Below, piece by piece: positions 26,790 to 40,089 of a stretch of 64,000 nt of DNA. Position 1 is the stretch's first letter. The number at the start of each line of letters is the position of its first letter. The notes under the pieces are model-generated. The model searched no databases. It worked only from the letters and a program-made list of their open reading frames with translations, and was not told the DNA's origin. Origin of the DNA: Octopus vulgaris (lineage: Eukaryota); NCBI GenBank assembly GCA_951406725.2, contig OX597826.1, forward strand, positions 21,266,001 through 21,330,000, written 5' to 3'. The position numbers were made by a program, and so were the translations under genes.

Positions 26790-28292
26790 TGCGTAGCACG
26801 ACACAAAATCCTTTGTAGTGACTTTAAAACTCAAGGTAGACACCAGATAACCAAATAGCACACAATATAATAAAATGGCAAAATTTATAACATACACAAG
26901 AAATTTACTAAAGGAAAAAGAGAAGAAATACTCAATGAGCAAAAATCAAGAGTGCATGCATGAAAGTGTATACGTCACAAAGTATAAACCCTTCCGCTGA
27001 AAGGAGCGGAGGGAAAGCAAAACTCACAGTTAATGAACCTAGGCGAAATTAAATCCAACTTCTCTAAATGTGGTTGATCCTGCGAAATAGCAGTTAAATC
27101 AATTGCTGCAGGAGAGGAAATGGAATTGACAGAAGCTCGCTAGTAACACAAAAGGCAAAGGTGCAAACACGCTGGTGTGATGCGCGACACAGATAATTTT
27201 CTCTGTTAATTACGTGACCAAACAGGGGTCTAACAGGGAAAAATAATTATGTCTAAACATGGCGCAGCGCATGTGAACATCCGACGTCCTATGAGTCGGG
27301 AAAAGAACTAAGCCAACGCAAACGTGTTGCTAAAAACAAGGCAATACACGTGCGAAGCAAAGGCGCATGAAATGCAATAGTGCTTGCCAGACCGAAAAAC
27401 AGCAATGAATATGCCTGTGGTTAAGCGATTATATGCCTCGTTCGTACAGGAACAAAAGTATGACATGCTGGAGCGTTATAATGGACAAACAACCCTCTCT
27501 ATGTATACGTGACCGCTAGGGTCTATAGAAATGAGGGGTGTCTACAAAAGGCAAATTCAGCATGGAAAAAAAACAAGCGAGAAAAGCATGTGTGACGTAT
27601 GTATGTGAGAGAGAGCATTTATGTGTGTGCACGTGTGTGCGACAGAAATACATACAAGGTGAATGCGAGCAAAATATTAAAAAAATACAGCGCATAGAAA
27701 AAATGTCTCTCAAGGCTATTCCAGACAATGGTTAATTTACCAGTCTGTAATAGCCTGATGCACAATAGCAGTTCGTTCTGTAACAGAATGTTGAGATCAC
27801 AAATGCAGATGCCGGTTGAACACAATGTGTAGCGGTTGTAGCTTCGATGCTGTGACATGTTAACTGGAACAGAAGAATCTCGTAGATAGACAGTGCTGTT
27901 TTTCCTTGGTGTGCATATGCACATACAGCGTGCACGCTAAAGTTCCGCGAGTTGCTATGTACATCTTGGTCGACGGTGTTGAAAGGCGACGGTGGTGGTG
28001 GCGACTGTAGTGGACTTGAGACAACATCGTTCTTAGTGATGATGGCGACGAAGATAGCGACGACGTGAAGTAGAAAGACGACGATGGCGATGACGAAGGT
28101 GGAGAAAAGGCATCGTTGATATGATGGCGTTCGTCATCATGGCTGTAGAATAAGAAAAGGGCTCCTTCTATAACGGTCCGAGAGGACGGAAACAAATCGT
28201 CGAAAGATGAATGCGTAGAGTTAAATCGTGTTCCGACTTCGCAGAAAAACTGGATTTCTTTGTTGATAAGTGATCTCTGGTTTTAGACCAGA

Positions 28293-28312
28293 ATCACGTC
28301 GGGGGTCCACCA
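28293..28312 (-). promoter_or_regulatory. Primer-binding site, tRNA-Trp-like
   Basis: TGGTGGACCCCCGACGTGAT begins 1 nt after the 5' LTR. The canonical Trp PBS is TGGTGACCCCGACGTGAT, so there are two single-base insertions here. Confidence 0.85.
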
Positions 28313-28313
28313 G

Positions 28314-28910
28314 TGTAACGAACTTGGTGTGTGTGTCTCTACTCTTGTACTTTCGGGGTACAAGAGGCAATCACTAGCCGTTGCTTTAATAATCCAGAAT
28401 TCTACCAGTCAGAAACAACAAGACGCAGACGTAAAAGATATATATACTACTTTATTCTCTTTCTTGGTAACAGTAACAATAAGTGGTTATCTGATGTCCT
28501 TGGTTCTGGGCGCGCAAGGCTGAAAGTTAATCGATTGTAATATTTACAATGTTCAGCCGCCAAAAACGGAACGAGTTAAAGATGGCGTCCGGAACAGGGA
28601 AGATGAATGTGGTCGGCAACAATTTGGTGAAAACCTTCGGCCGACTGCTATCAGAGCTGGACAGCTAGAAAATATACGTCCGTCGCCTTCGTCGCTGCCG
28701 TCCCAAGTCGCCGCTTGCTGGACGCTGGTAGTCAACGTCTTACGACCCCCTTGCCTCGGCTAACTGCTACGTAGGCAAAAGGGTTCTTCTTCCGGTGCTT
28801 CGTGCATGCGCGAGAGGGCCCTTCCTCTCTCTTGGTGAAGGCACCAACACCACACGCGCGAAATAGAAAATGGACGGTGCGCGCACGCGCACCATTATAG
28901 GATCACTACA
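28314..28910 (-). repeat. 5' LTR
   Basis: Direct repeat of 26178-26775, followed on the minus strand by the PBS. Confidence 0.95.
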
Positions 28911-30519
28911 CACCCTTCGTGTTTGGCGTTGAAGTGTTGGTCGAGGGCCAACTTCGCCGCCAAAACGTCGGATGCGATGCCGCTTCTAATTGCCTCTTCT
29001 AGCTTCTTAACTAGCTCACCCTCTACTCTCTTTCTATCTATGGGTAGTGCTTTGCTGTACCAAATCGCTTCTGCTTTTACTGCTCTCTTGAGGGCAAACC
29101 ACCATTTGTTGTTGATGATGGCTCCCGTCAAAGCCCTCTTTACTAGTGTGCTAATCCGGTCTCTGAAAACCTGTCTCGATGGGAAAGACGCGTTTAGTTT
29201 CCAGTATCTGGGACCCTGCCTATGTGTCTTACCTAAGTCTAGCATACATGTCACAAGTTTGTGATCCATGTAGCTGACTATGTGGAGTTGTGAACATTCT
29301 AAGCTATCTCTATCTACTGTCCTACATAGTATCCTATCTAGATATGATCTCGACGACCCGATGCAGTTGCTCCATCTCCACGTTGGCACATTCGGGTGGT
29401 CTAGTCGGTACCTGTCAGACAGTTGAAAGCGTCTGAGCAGGTCTCTGAGGCATTTGCATCCTCGTCTATTCCTATCTCTGCCCACATAGTCTACATGCGT
29501 GTCCAAGGTAGCATTCCAATCCCCCACTAAGAGTAAAGGATGAGACGTTCCCAAGAATACCTTTAGACATCGAAAGAAATCCGCCCCACCTGTTAAGGGC
29601 GGTGAATAGACTGATACGAGTTGAAAAGCGCACCCATTGTTGCCGTCGACATCCAGGACGACCAGTCTACCCTCCGGGTCTACGAATATTGTCTTTACTT
29701 TGAGATCCAGACTCTTGCGAAAAGTACCGCGGTGCCACTACCGCCCATTCTTGGCAGACAGGGGGAAAAATAAATGTTAAACTGTCCGCCAAACATGGTC
29801 TTTAGGGCCCGCGGATTGTGGAGTCTGGTCTCACTTATGGCTATGATTTCTAACTTGTGTGACTTTATGTCATTTAAGAGGTACCCTTGTTTCCAAGGGG
29901 ACTCCATGCCACGCGCATTTACACAACCAATCTTGATTATAATCCTAATGAATTAGAATACAAGTGAAAGGAACAGAGGGTTACTTACTGCTTGAAAGTT
30001 TTTGCTTTCTCCTCCTTTGGTTTGTCCTCGAGGAGATCCCAGTAAAGTTTCTTTGTGAGGTATTTTTGGCATTTACCAACCGCACTGGGGAAAATGCCTT
30101 TTAGTGTGTGGTGCAGACTTCTGGAGATATGTAATATTTTGATGTGATCCGGTGGTGTTGTGTATGGGTGATTGTTTGTTTTTATGTCTTCTTCTGTTAT
30201 GTTTGTTTTTGATTTGATGTATTCCATCAAATTTGTGTTTTTGGTGTCTATAGTTGTGAGCATGTTTGCTGTATATATTTTTGTGGTGTTGGTGTGGCTG
30301 TTGTTTGTGTTGGGTTTTAAAATGTCTTCGGGAGATGTATTTCCCCCTGCTTTGTTTAGACGGATGGACGGACGGACAGACAGACAGATAGGTAGATAGA
30401 TAGATAGGAGAGTAAAGTTCACAGCTCATCTTCTTCCAGAGGGTATGAAGGTTGGTCCATACTTTTGTGAAGATATAGGTCCTTAAGTATAATTCCAGGT
30501 AAATCCAAGCAGTATATTG

Positions 30520-31400
30520 GCAGCATTTTGAATGTATATTCAGACATAGAAACGAAGACAAAAAGGTATCATGAATTGGATGTGCTCCTCTGACCCGACA
30601 AGGTGAATTAATACTCAAAATATGTGCATCCATCCAACTCATGATGGTGTAGGAAGTATCCATAAAATTATTGACAACTACGATGATGATGATAATATAC
30701 ACACACATCTTACTGGTTTGTTCAAAGGGGTCCCTGTGGATGAATTCTCCTCCCTGTTTAACAAATTCTCCCCAGACTCCATCAATAGTTTTTTGCTTTC
30801 TAATTTTTCAAAAATCTCTTGTCTTCCCCCAAAGGGATTTCATTAACAACCAAGACCCCTTAAATAACCCATCAAAAATTCATCAGGTCCATTTTTTTTA
30901 CACTTCTTTAAAATGTCCCCCACCTCCATTGTTTGTGTCCAGTCTTCAGACTCTCACCATTCTTAACATTTACTCACACAATTCCATCGTTGTCTCCATA
31001 TTCTGGCAGTTCTTACTACACTCTTTCCATATAAGGTTCCTCAATCACTTCTTGAGGTGCAACTTGCTGTGTTTTTTCCTTTTTCTTAACTTTCAACCCA
31101 CTTTCCTTTATCATCACCTCCACCTCTCCTTACTTCGCTGGTCCCTTTTTGTTTCCCTCAAGCATCATGTCAGATACCTCTGTTAACTTTCTGTCCCCAT
31201 TTCTTACCTAAATAACCACCCATAGCTCTGCTGCTATCCATTCTCTTCTTTTTTCTTCCATTTTTTTTCTTTCTTTTTTTCAGCTGTCTCAATTGTAATG
31301 TCTTTCAGTTCACTCCAGTATTGATCTCTATCTGTTTCTGCATTTAATGCGGCATATTGATTCTTGAGGTCCAGCTTATACACTTCTCTGTTGTCACTTT
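30520..31400 (-). mobile_element. Highly degenerate CR1/L2-like ORF1 region
   Basis: Purine-rich minus strand with LDLKNQYAAL, which resembles the LxNRFxxL motif of CR1-group ORF1. Support is weak. Confidence 0.3.
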
Positions 31401-31703
31401 TATTCACTTTGCCAGTATCAAAAGGTTTTTAGATTTTTAAAAATGATTTTTTAGCTTTATCTTGATAAACTACCTTGCTTCTGTTGTAATATGAATGAAG
31501 ATCTCATCCTCTGAACAGAAGCAAGTCTTAATCACAATTAATCCTTCTGCAACTAAATCAGATGAAATTCATCAAGTTTTTCAGAGCTGGTCTCACTCAG
31601 GTACGCTTAGATTTCTACATCTATCAATTTGGGACCAAAGAATAGTTTGGTTACACAGAGACCTTACTTTCCACACACACACGTTACGAGTAAGTGTTTT
31701 TAA

Positions 31704-31924
31704 CCCTTTCATTACTGTATTTATTTTGAGATGCTCTGTGTTTCTTTCAATTATTTAAAATATAACAAAGAATTTAGTAAAATAACTTAGTTATTATTAA
31801 GCTAGTGTTAGGAACATAAATTGTGACTAAGGTTTGGTGGAAGATTTTAATTCAAAACTTATGAGAGCAAGACATTTGTACTACAGAACCAGAGCCGGTT
31901 TCAGCCGGATTGGTATCAAAAGGG
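31704..31924. mobile_element. piggyBac-type MITE (221 bp)
   Basis: TTAA|CCCTTTCATTAC ... GTATCAAAAGGG|TTAA: a TTAA TSD and imperfect CCCTTT TIRs. Confidence 0.85.
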
Positions 31925-32024
31925 TTAAATAGATAAAAACAGCACAAATAGTCACTGAACAGAAGGACTCAAGATCTGTGTAACGTTAAATATTTATCAA
32001 AAGAATGTTAATAATGTTAATAAT

Positions 32025-32385
32025 GGTTGTGTGGCAAGGAGTTTGCCTCCCAACAGCATGGTTCTAGGTTCAGTTCCATCGTGTGGCAACCAAAACCTTA
32101 TGAGCAGATTTTGTAGACAGTAACTGAAAGAAGCCCGTCGTATGTATATATATATGTGTATATATGTGTATGTATGTGTCTTTGTGTCTTTGATTGTCCC
32201 CACCACCACCAGCACTTGACAACCAGTGTTGGTGTGTTTATGTCCCCATAACTTAGCAGTTCATCAAAAGAGACTTATACCAGGCTCAAAAATAAATAAG
32301 TTCTTGGGTCAATTCATTTGACAGGAATTCTTCAAGGTGGTGCTGCAGCATGGGCTGCAGTCTAATGACTGAAACCTGTAAAAGA
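32025..32385 (+). mobile_element. Long composite SINE (tRNA head, CORE-like segment, internal microsatellite and second half); an inverted relative lies at 33420-33752
   Basis: Same head as 12212, followed by (TA/TG)n, CACTTGACAACCAGTGTTGGTGTGTTTATGTCCCC..AATAAGT..CAGCATGG..AATGACTGAAAC. The reverse complement is found at 33420-33752. Confidence 0.75.
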
Positions 32386-34493
32386 ATAATTACTTCCAAG
32401 TTTCTCCAATGATGAAACTTACCCCCAGGTCTTTGACTCCAAGATTTCAGGTCACTCATGCAGAAAAAAAGAGATTCTATCACAAACAAGCAGAATAAAT
32501 GGATGTCTACATATGACCATCACCCCTGTCATTCTCACAGAATAAATGGCTCTCACTGTAGCCACAGACAACTCCATTCTTCCTATTTCACTCACAGATT
32601 CCCGTGTGCAAAGTGTCTCCTTCCACAGGAAAAGTAAACCCCACTGACTTCCACCCGATGCCACTTCTTCCCACCATCCCAGCTCAACATCTTCCCCTCT
32701 TATCTCAGTTTGTAGCATCACCTGTTTGTCAGGTAAAACATCTTTTATTCAACATGTCTTTCAAGATAAAAAGAAAGCTAACAAATAATTTTTTGATAGA
32801 GGAAAGGACAACAACATCACTGCTTGGAGCTCAAGGATTTTTGTAGACATGCAAACGTAATTACATGTACATGCACGCACACACAAATGTAGGGACAAAC
32901 ACATACAAAACCACCACCACCACTACCATCTCCATACACATGCACACACACATGGGTATAGGCTTCTTTCAGTTTCTGTTGACCAAATCCCACTCTGAAA
33001 GCTATGGTTGGCTTGAGACTATAGCAGAGACACTTGTCCAAGAGACTGGACCTAGAAACATTTCCCCACACACATGCCTACACCTTGATATTTCTACACA
33101 CGCACACACTTGTGTGCATTTGTATGTATCTATGTGCTTGCAAAGTTAAACATGTACACCCAATAATACACAAACACAAATACATTTAAATATAGAGCAT
33201 TTGACAATACCACAATGGTTTCAAAACTGCTAGGTCAAGGCCTATCAATTTTTCAGCTTTCCTGTTTAAGAATATATCCCTATCATACACACACACACAC
33301 ATATGTACATATATAAATATATATATACACATACATGTGTGTGTGTGTATACACATATGCGTACACACACACAGACACACACACGCATACACACACACAG
33401 ACACACACACACATACATATTCTTTTATTCTTTTATTTGTTTCAGTCATTTGACTGCAGCCATGCTGGAGCACTGCCTTTAGTCGAGCAAATCGACCCCA
33501 GGACTTATTCTTTGTAAGCTCAGTACTTATTCTATTGGTCTTTTTTTAACTGAACCACTAAGTTACAGAGACATAAACACACCAGCATCAGTTGTCAAGC
33601 AATGTTGGGGGGACAAACATATACATATACGACGAGCTTCTTTCAGTTTCCGTCTACCAAATCCATTCACAAGGCTTTGGTTGGCCCGAGGCTATAGTAG
33701 AAGGCACTTGCCCAGGGTGCAATGCAGTGAGACTGATCCCAGAACCATGTGGTTGGTATATTTATCATTATCATCAACATCATCTTCATTTAATGTCCAC
33801 TTTTCCATGCTTGGACAAAGTTTATTGAGACAAATTCTTTTATGGCTAGATGCTCTTCCTGTTGCCAACCCTTCCAAGCAAGGTAATATTTCCCCAGTAG
33901 ACAGACTTGTTTTCACAGAATACTGGAAATTAATGTCACTGCTTCTATAACAGAGGCACTCATTTACAACTATTACGTAATGTCAAGACAAGGCAACACA
34001 CACACACACATACCAAGTGCTTCTTTCAGCTTTCCATCAACCAAATCCATCCACAAGACTATTGTAGAAAAAAACCTGCTTCAGGTGCCATGAAGTGGGA
34101 CTGAACTTGAAACAAGATCATTGGGAAACAAACTTCTTAACCACATAGCTATGCTTGTAACAACCCATGCTTACAGATATATATATCCTCATTATCATCA
34201 TCATCAACATCATTTAAGGTCTGCCTCCCATGGGTCGGATGGTTTGACAGGAGCTGACCAGGCAGAAGACTGCACCAAACTCCAATGTCTGCTTTGGCAT
34301 GGTTTCTATGGCTGGATGTCCTTCCTAATACCAACCACTTTACAGAGTAGACTGGGTGCTTTTTATGTGGCCCCAGCGCTGACAAGGTCACCAAGTTTGG
34401 AGACAGGAGGAGAGAATTTACATATATAGAGGGTGGGCTAAAAGTTACGCACAAAATAAGTTCAATGCTCTTTGGAATTGTGTGTGTGTGTGT

Positions 34494-34521
34494 AGATAGC
34501 TAGCTAGCTAGCTAGATAGAG

Positions 34522-34562
<41 letters not shown>
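34494..34562. repeat. (GATA)n array at the 3' flank of Tx1 copy C
   Basis: Read directly. Confidence 0.95.
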
Positions 34563-34563
<1 letters not shown>

Positions 34564-34711
34564 CTTTCTTTTATTAGCCACACAGGGCTGAATACAGAGG
34601 GGACAAATACAAATGCAGAGCTTTTCTTTTCAAGGGTGGAAAAAAGGAAATGAATGTAAGATTGCGATCAAAAGGGATCGAAAGGAAAAAAAAAAGAAAA
34701 AAAAAAGGAAC

Positions 34712-37704
34712 CGTGTCTGTAGAGCTTATCCTGAACAGGTAATGCTTCTCGATAGCACTGCCAGGCCAGGGATCTTTGGTGATTGTTCATAGGTCCCAGC
34801 CTGAAAGTTGTATGAACAGGCGGGTCAGGTGTTCCTCGTCGACACCCAGACTCTGCCTGAGTTCGTCATCGCACCTCCCCTCCACTAATCCTCTATAGAA
34901 TGCCTTTGTTGTGATGGAGTCGCTCAAGTTCGATCCCGGACGGCAGAGTTGCTTGAGAGCAACGCGACACTCGCGGTGCCATTCGCCTAGCCTCGGTCTC
35001 TACTTGATCCATGACTGTAGTTCGTCCAAGGAGACGAGCTGCGGGAAAGCGCGGCACACAAAAGGCGACCACACCTGTTCACCGTCGTCTATGAAGTGCC
35101 GGAGATGTCGCAGTCTCAGCGCATGTCTGCACATCATCAACCACGGCATGCCCAGCCCTCCATTTAGCGGGTGTTGACAGCAAATGGATTGCCTAACCAT
35201 CGGAACGTTTCCCTTCCACAGGAAGCGGAAGAGTATACGTTCCAATTTGGTGATGGTAGGGTCGGGACAAGGCACGATGGTCAGACGATACTCGATGACG
35301 GATGCGATGTACGCGTTCGCCACCTCTGCCCGACCTTTTAGGGATAGCTTTCTCTCAGCCCATTTCTGGGTGAGAGTAGCCACCCTAGTCATTATCTCGC
35401 CCCAGTTCTTCTCCATTTGGAGGTCCGGACCGAACTAGACCCCGAGGAATTTAACCGGTCCGTCCGTCCAGTGTCCCACGATGGAGACGCTGTTGGACGG
35501 CATGGGCCTGCTTCTCCAGGTGCCGAGCCGCAAGCCCACTGACTTTTCCCGGTTAATTTTTGCTCCCGTTACCGCTTCGTATTCTTTTAGTGTCTCGCCG
35601 ACAGCTCGATGTGCTAGTAGCTCGACACTATGATGGTGACGTCATCCGCGTATGCAGACACGCTCCTCCCGCATCCCAGCTCTCGTGAGATGCCCCTCAG
35701 CGTCGCCAGTTTCCGCAGTAGTGGTTCAAGAGTCAATACATACAGCAGCAATGAGAGGAGGCATCCCTGACGAACCGAACGCATGATGTTAAAAGGTCTG
35801 GATAGATGACCATTTACGCGAACTACTGAGCGGATGCTGCTGTATAAGGCAGCGATCCAACCACGGAAAACTGGACCGAAACTAGCCGCTTTAAGGACAG
35901 CCTCCAAGTAGTGATGGTCTACCCTATTGAAAGCTTTTGATTGATCCAAATTGATCAGCGCCCCACCCATGCCAGGATTCTTAACTACCCTGTCTATGAT
36001 GTAGCGCATCAGATGGAGGTTGTCATGAATACTTCTACCCGGCACGGCACATGTTTGCGCCTTGTCGATTAGTTTCTTGATGACAAGCGCCAACCTCTCG
36101 GCTAACACCTTGGCCAAAATTTTCAAATCTGCATTGAGCAGAGTGATGGGCCTGAAATTATCTATGACATCCCCCTTGTTTGGGTCTTTCTTAATCAGTG
36201 CCACTGCTCCTCGCTTTACAAAAGCAGGAATACTCCCGTTTTGCTACCAGTTGCAGTAGACAGCTGCCAAGACGCCTCCAAACAAGTCTGGCGTATGACA
36301 ATAAAGTTCGTAGGGCAGACCATCCAAGCCTGGTGACTTGTCTCTCGCGCAGCCCCCCATCGCATCCTGTACGTCCGCAGCTGTGATAGGCCTTTCACAA
36401 GACTCCACCTCTCTTGCTGAGAGTCGTGGCAAGGCATGTAGGTAGGCACTAAAGTCCACTCTGCGTTCTGACCCACCACTTGTCCCAAACAGTTGGGTGA
36501 AGTGTTGTTGAAAAGCCCCACACATCCTTTTAGGCTCGAGCAATTCGCGCACCTGTTCATCTATAAGAGACTTGATGGTGGCTCTGTTGCCTCGTTGCGT
36601 CTCCACCACTCGGGCCTCTTGGGCGGCTCCAACTCCTTCGTTCCTCAGAGCACGCATCCTAGCTCTGACAACGCATCCCTCGTGTTTGGCGTTGAGGTGT
36701 TGGTCGAGGGCCAATCTCGCCACCAGCATGTTGGACGTGATGCCAGTTCTAAGTGCCTCTTCTAAAACCTTAACTAATTCTCCCTCTATTCTATTTTGGT
36801 CTAATGCTAGGGCTTTACTGTATCTGACTGATTCTGCTTTAATTGCTTTTTTTAGGGCATACCACCATCTGTTGTTGATGATGGTACCCGTCAAAGCTCT
36901 CTTAACTAATGTGCTGATCCGGTCCCTGTAAACCTGTCGTGCTGTAAAAGATGCGTTCAGTTTCCAGTAACCAGGACCCTGCCTATGTGTCTTATCTAAG
37001 TCAAGTGTACAAGTCACAAACTTGTGATCTGTGTAACTGACTATATGAAATTGTGGACAACCTGCACTATTTTTATCTATTGTCCTACAGAATACTCTAT
37101 CTAAGTATGATCTGGACGACCTGATGCGGTTACTCCATGTCCACATTGGCACATTCGGGTGGTCCACTCGGTACCTGTCAGACAGTTGGAAACGTCTGAG
37201 CAGGTCTTTGAGGCATTTGCATCCCCTTCTATTGCTATCTCTGCCCACGTAGTCTAGATGCGTGTCCAGGGTGGCATTCCAATCCCCCACTAAAAGTAAA
37301 GGACGAGACGTTCCCATGAAAGACTCTAGACGTCGAAAGAAATCTGGTCGGCCTGTTAAGGACGGAGCATAAACTGTTATCAGTCGAAAAGCACACTCAT
37401 TGCTGCCATCGACATCCAAAACGACCAGTCTACCCTCCGGGTCTAGGAAAATTGCTCTTACTTTGAGATCCAGACTCTTCCGGAGAAGCACCGCGGTGCT
37501 ACCTCCGCCCATTCTCGGTAGACACGGAGAAAAATAAATGTTGAAATGTGTACCGAAACTGTGCTGGAGTGCCCGCGAGCTGTGGAGTCTGGTCTCACTG
37601 ATGGCTATGATATTCAGATTTAGTGACTTGATGTCATTTAACAGGTAGCCTTGTTTCCAAGGCGACCCCAAGCCACGTAAATTTATACTGCCTATTCTGA
37701 GCAT
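34712..37704 (-). pseudogene. Tx1 ORF2, copy C; the first 486 codons (whole APE domain) are still open
   Basis: MLRIGSINLRGL, ISETRL, VGDWNA, SYLDRVF, YTDHKFV, GPGYWKLN, KSPGLDGLPYELY, LDQSKAFNRVDH and AYADDVT. Confidence 0.95.
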
Positions 37705-37769
37705 GTTCCGATAAAAATTGTTTTACACACGAAAAGAAAGTGCAAAAAAGGAAAGAGAGAGAGAAAAGG

Positions 37770-39841
37770 TTACTTGTTGTTCGAAAGTCCTTTGTTTTTC
37801 ACCTCACAGTCTTCTTCCATGAGGTTTTTATATAGTTTCTTTGATGAATATTTTTGAAATCTCCCTACTGCATCAGGGTAAAGAGATTTCAGGGTGCTGT
37901 ATGTGTTCTGTGTTACGTGTATTATTTTAATGTGTTGTGGTGGTGTTGTGCGTGGGTGGTTATTTGTTTTTATGTCGTTTTCAGTTATGTTGGTGTTTGA
38001 CCTAATGTGTTCCATTAGGTCGTGGTTGTTTGTGTTTATGGCTGTCAACATTGTTGGGGGGTTTGATGATGGTGTGTTTGTGTTGATGTGTTTGTTTTCT
38101 GTGGATGTTTTTGTTTCGGGAGTGGTGAATCTTCCTGCTTTGTTTGTTATCTTTTCTTTCCTTTTTTTCCCCTTTTTCTTCTCCCCCCCTGTGGCTATTT
38201 GCTAATCTTCTGTGTCTTCTTCGTCTAATGACAAATCAGAGGAATCAGAGCTTGGGAGAGGGAAAATATTGGGGTCTATTGTAGACTGTGTTGATTTTGT
38301 TGTTGGTGTTGGTTGGTGAGCGTTAGGTTGTGGTGTATGCGGTTTTGGAGGTGGGGTGTGGGTATTTTGTGTTTGAGTGATTGTAGGTATTGTTGTGTTG
38401 TTTGGGGTGTCAATTTTGTGGGGATTTGGAGTAGTAATTGTTTCTTCATTTTCGATGAGTGTCTTTTTGGCAGATGTCCTTGGTTTGGGAGTTGGTTTAT
38501 TCTTGGTTGTTGTTGTTGTTGGTGTTGCTTCTGTTCTTGGTGCAGTTGGTGTGGTTGTTTGGTTGGTGAGGTTTTTTTTTTTTTGATTTTCTGTGATTAG
38601 TCCTGTTTGTACCAATTGTGGTCTTCTGATACACATATCTGGGTGGGTATTTTTTTTATGTCATCTTGGTTTATATGTAGTAGAAATTCTACTTTTTTTC
38701 CCACCCAGTTTTTGTGTTCCGTGACCGTAGTTTCTAAAATTGTGAAATCTTCCATTTTCACACATAAGGCCTTTACTAGCCATAGATTGTTCGCTATTTT
38801 TGGGACATTGTTTAAAGTGATCTTAGTCACTTTCTGTCCACGATAGCTTGGAGTTAATTGCAGTTCATCTGAATGAAGAGTTAGCGTTGAGAAACGTTTT
38901 GCTAACTCTTCAGTGTGGAAGACCACTTGTATGTGTGCGAACTTGTTCCACCAGGTCACATACTCTTTGTAGTTCCAGATGGGTTTCAAGCATTTTTCGA
39001 TTTTGCTTGTGTTAGCCTTCTCTGGACTTTTTGTTTTCTTATTAATTATTTTGTATATAATAGTTCTTTTTTTTTCATTGTCTAATATTTCTTGTGGTAT
39101 GTTTATTTTTACAATACCATCTACTTCCGTTATTAAAATTTTTGTATCTTTTATCTGCTGTGCAGTAAAATATACTGTTGTCTTTTTCTCTTTTATTGCC
39201 TCGGCAAAATTTGTTGTTGTTTTGTTATTGTTGTTGCTGGTGGTGATGTTGTTGGCTGCAGTTGGTAAAATCGGTGTATTTGGTTTGATTGTGCAAGTAG
39301 GAAGGGGTGGGAAATTACTTGCATAGTTTATTCCTGTGTTCGAGCAGCTTTTGTCAATTTGTTTGGTGGTCACAGTCTTTTGTTTATTCCCTTCAGTTCT
39401 TGGTGTTGGAGTAAACAAGGTCTGAACGGAATTGTTGTTGTTGTTATTGTTGTTTTTGTTGTTGGTGTTGGCAGTGGTGTCAGTGGCAGAAGAGACAGCC
39501 GTGGCAGCAGATGTCGAAATGGTGGCGCAATTGTTGTTATTCTTGTTGTCATTGTTATTGTTGTTGTTGTTGGTAGTTGAGGTAGTGGATGAGGTGGCGG
39601 TGGTGGTGGTGGTGGTGGTGGAGGCAGTGGTGGTAGCAGTAGTAGTCCCGTTGTTGTTGTTGTTAGTGGTGGTGGTGACAGTGCTGTTATTGCAAATGGT
39701 TACAGCGTTCACTGCCATGTCATTCAGGTTTGCACTTTGCGTGCATGAGTTCTTTTTTTCTTCTCCTAGCGTTTCCAAACTAGGAAAATGTTGGTTGATA
39801 AAGGAACGCGACCAGCGTTCTACAATACAATTTCTCGACAT
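37770..39841 (-). pseudogene. Tx1 ORF1, copy C (knuckle region lost)
   Basis: MSRNCIVERWS..SLETLGEEKKNSCT is shared with copy A, followed by T/N tracts, the conserved core and the C-terminal block. Confidence 0.88.
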
Positions 39842-40039
39842 TTTGAAAATGTCGAGAAGAAAATTACACAAATTAAATAGGGTTGAAACTGCCCCTAGGG
39901 GCGAATTCCTCCCTTGGAAAAGCACTCAAACGAAAGTTGGGTGCCTTACACACCTTATTTACAAAAATGTACACAAAATATGGTCTATAAATAGTCAAAA
40001 TAAACAATTACCTTCGGAGCCGAAGTGACAGCACGTCCG

Positions 40040-40040
<1 letters not shown>

Positions 40041-40089
<49 letters not shown>

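Larger units (their letters stand above)
26178..28910 (-). mobile_element. Non-autonomous LTR retroelement (Gypsy-like ends, 2733 bp, no gag/pol seen)
   Basis: Two LTRs of about 598 bp with TGTA..TACA ends and a 4-bp TSD CACC (26174-26177 / 28911-28914), confirmed by the uninterrupted site in copy A (ACAACACACCCTTCG). The PBS and PPT place it on the minus strand. Confidence 0.95.
23879..29940 (-). pseudogene. Tx1 ORF2, copy B (disrupted)
   Basis: GPRYWKLNAS, NFRPITLLNADLKILAK, VRQGCPLS, AYADDVT and a 293-aa C-terminal ORF with CPRC..H..C. Confidence 0.93.
23534..30356 (-). mobile_element. Tx1-clade LINE copy B (5'-truncated within ORF1, interrupted by an LTR element)
   Basis: Its 3' end AATAAAGAAACA(TATC)n abuts the 5' end of copy A. 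ORF2 pieces span 23879-26177 and 28911-29940, and the ORF1 C-terminus lies at 29985-30356. Confidence 0.95.
34563..40040 (-). mobile_element. Tx1-clade LINE copy C (both ends present; ORF2 C-terminus deleted near 34712)
   Basis: The 5' end ACGGACGTGCTGTCACTTCGGCTCCGAAGG matches copy A, and the 3' end is GCCCTGTGTGGCTAATAAAAGAAAGT(TATC)n. Confidence 0.95.

Noticed and set aside
28291-28312. tRNA-Trp gene
   Set aside because: Only the 3' 20 or so nt are present, next to an LTR, so it is a primer-binding site. The SINE heads likewise do not form full cloverleaves.
26416-28735. Duplicated 60-aa ORF MTTSVQQAATWDG
   Set aside because: It is duplicated only because it lies in the two LTRs, and it has no coding hallmarks.
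18724-36931. Plus-strand ORFs antisense to Tx1 ORF2
   Set aside because: They are shadow ORFs of a GC-richer coding strand and recur only because the element is repeated.
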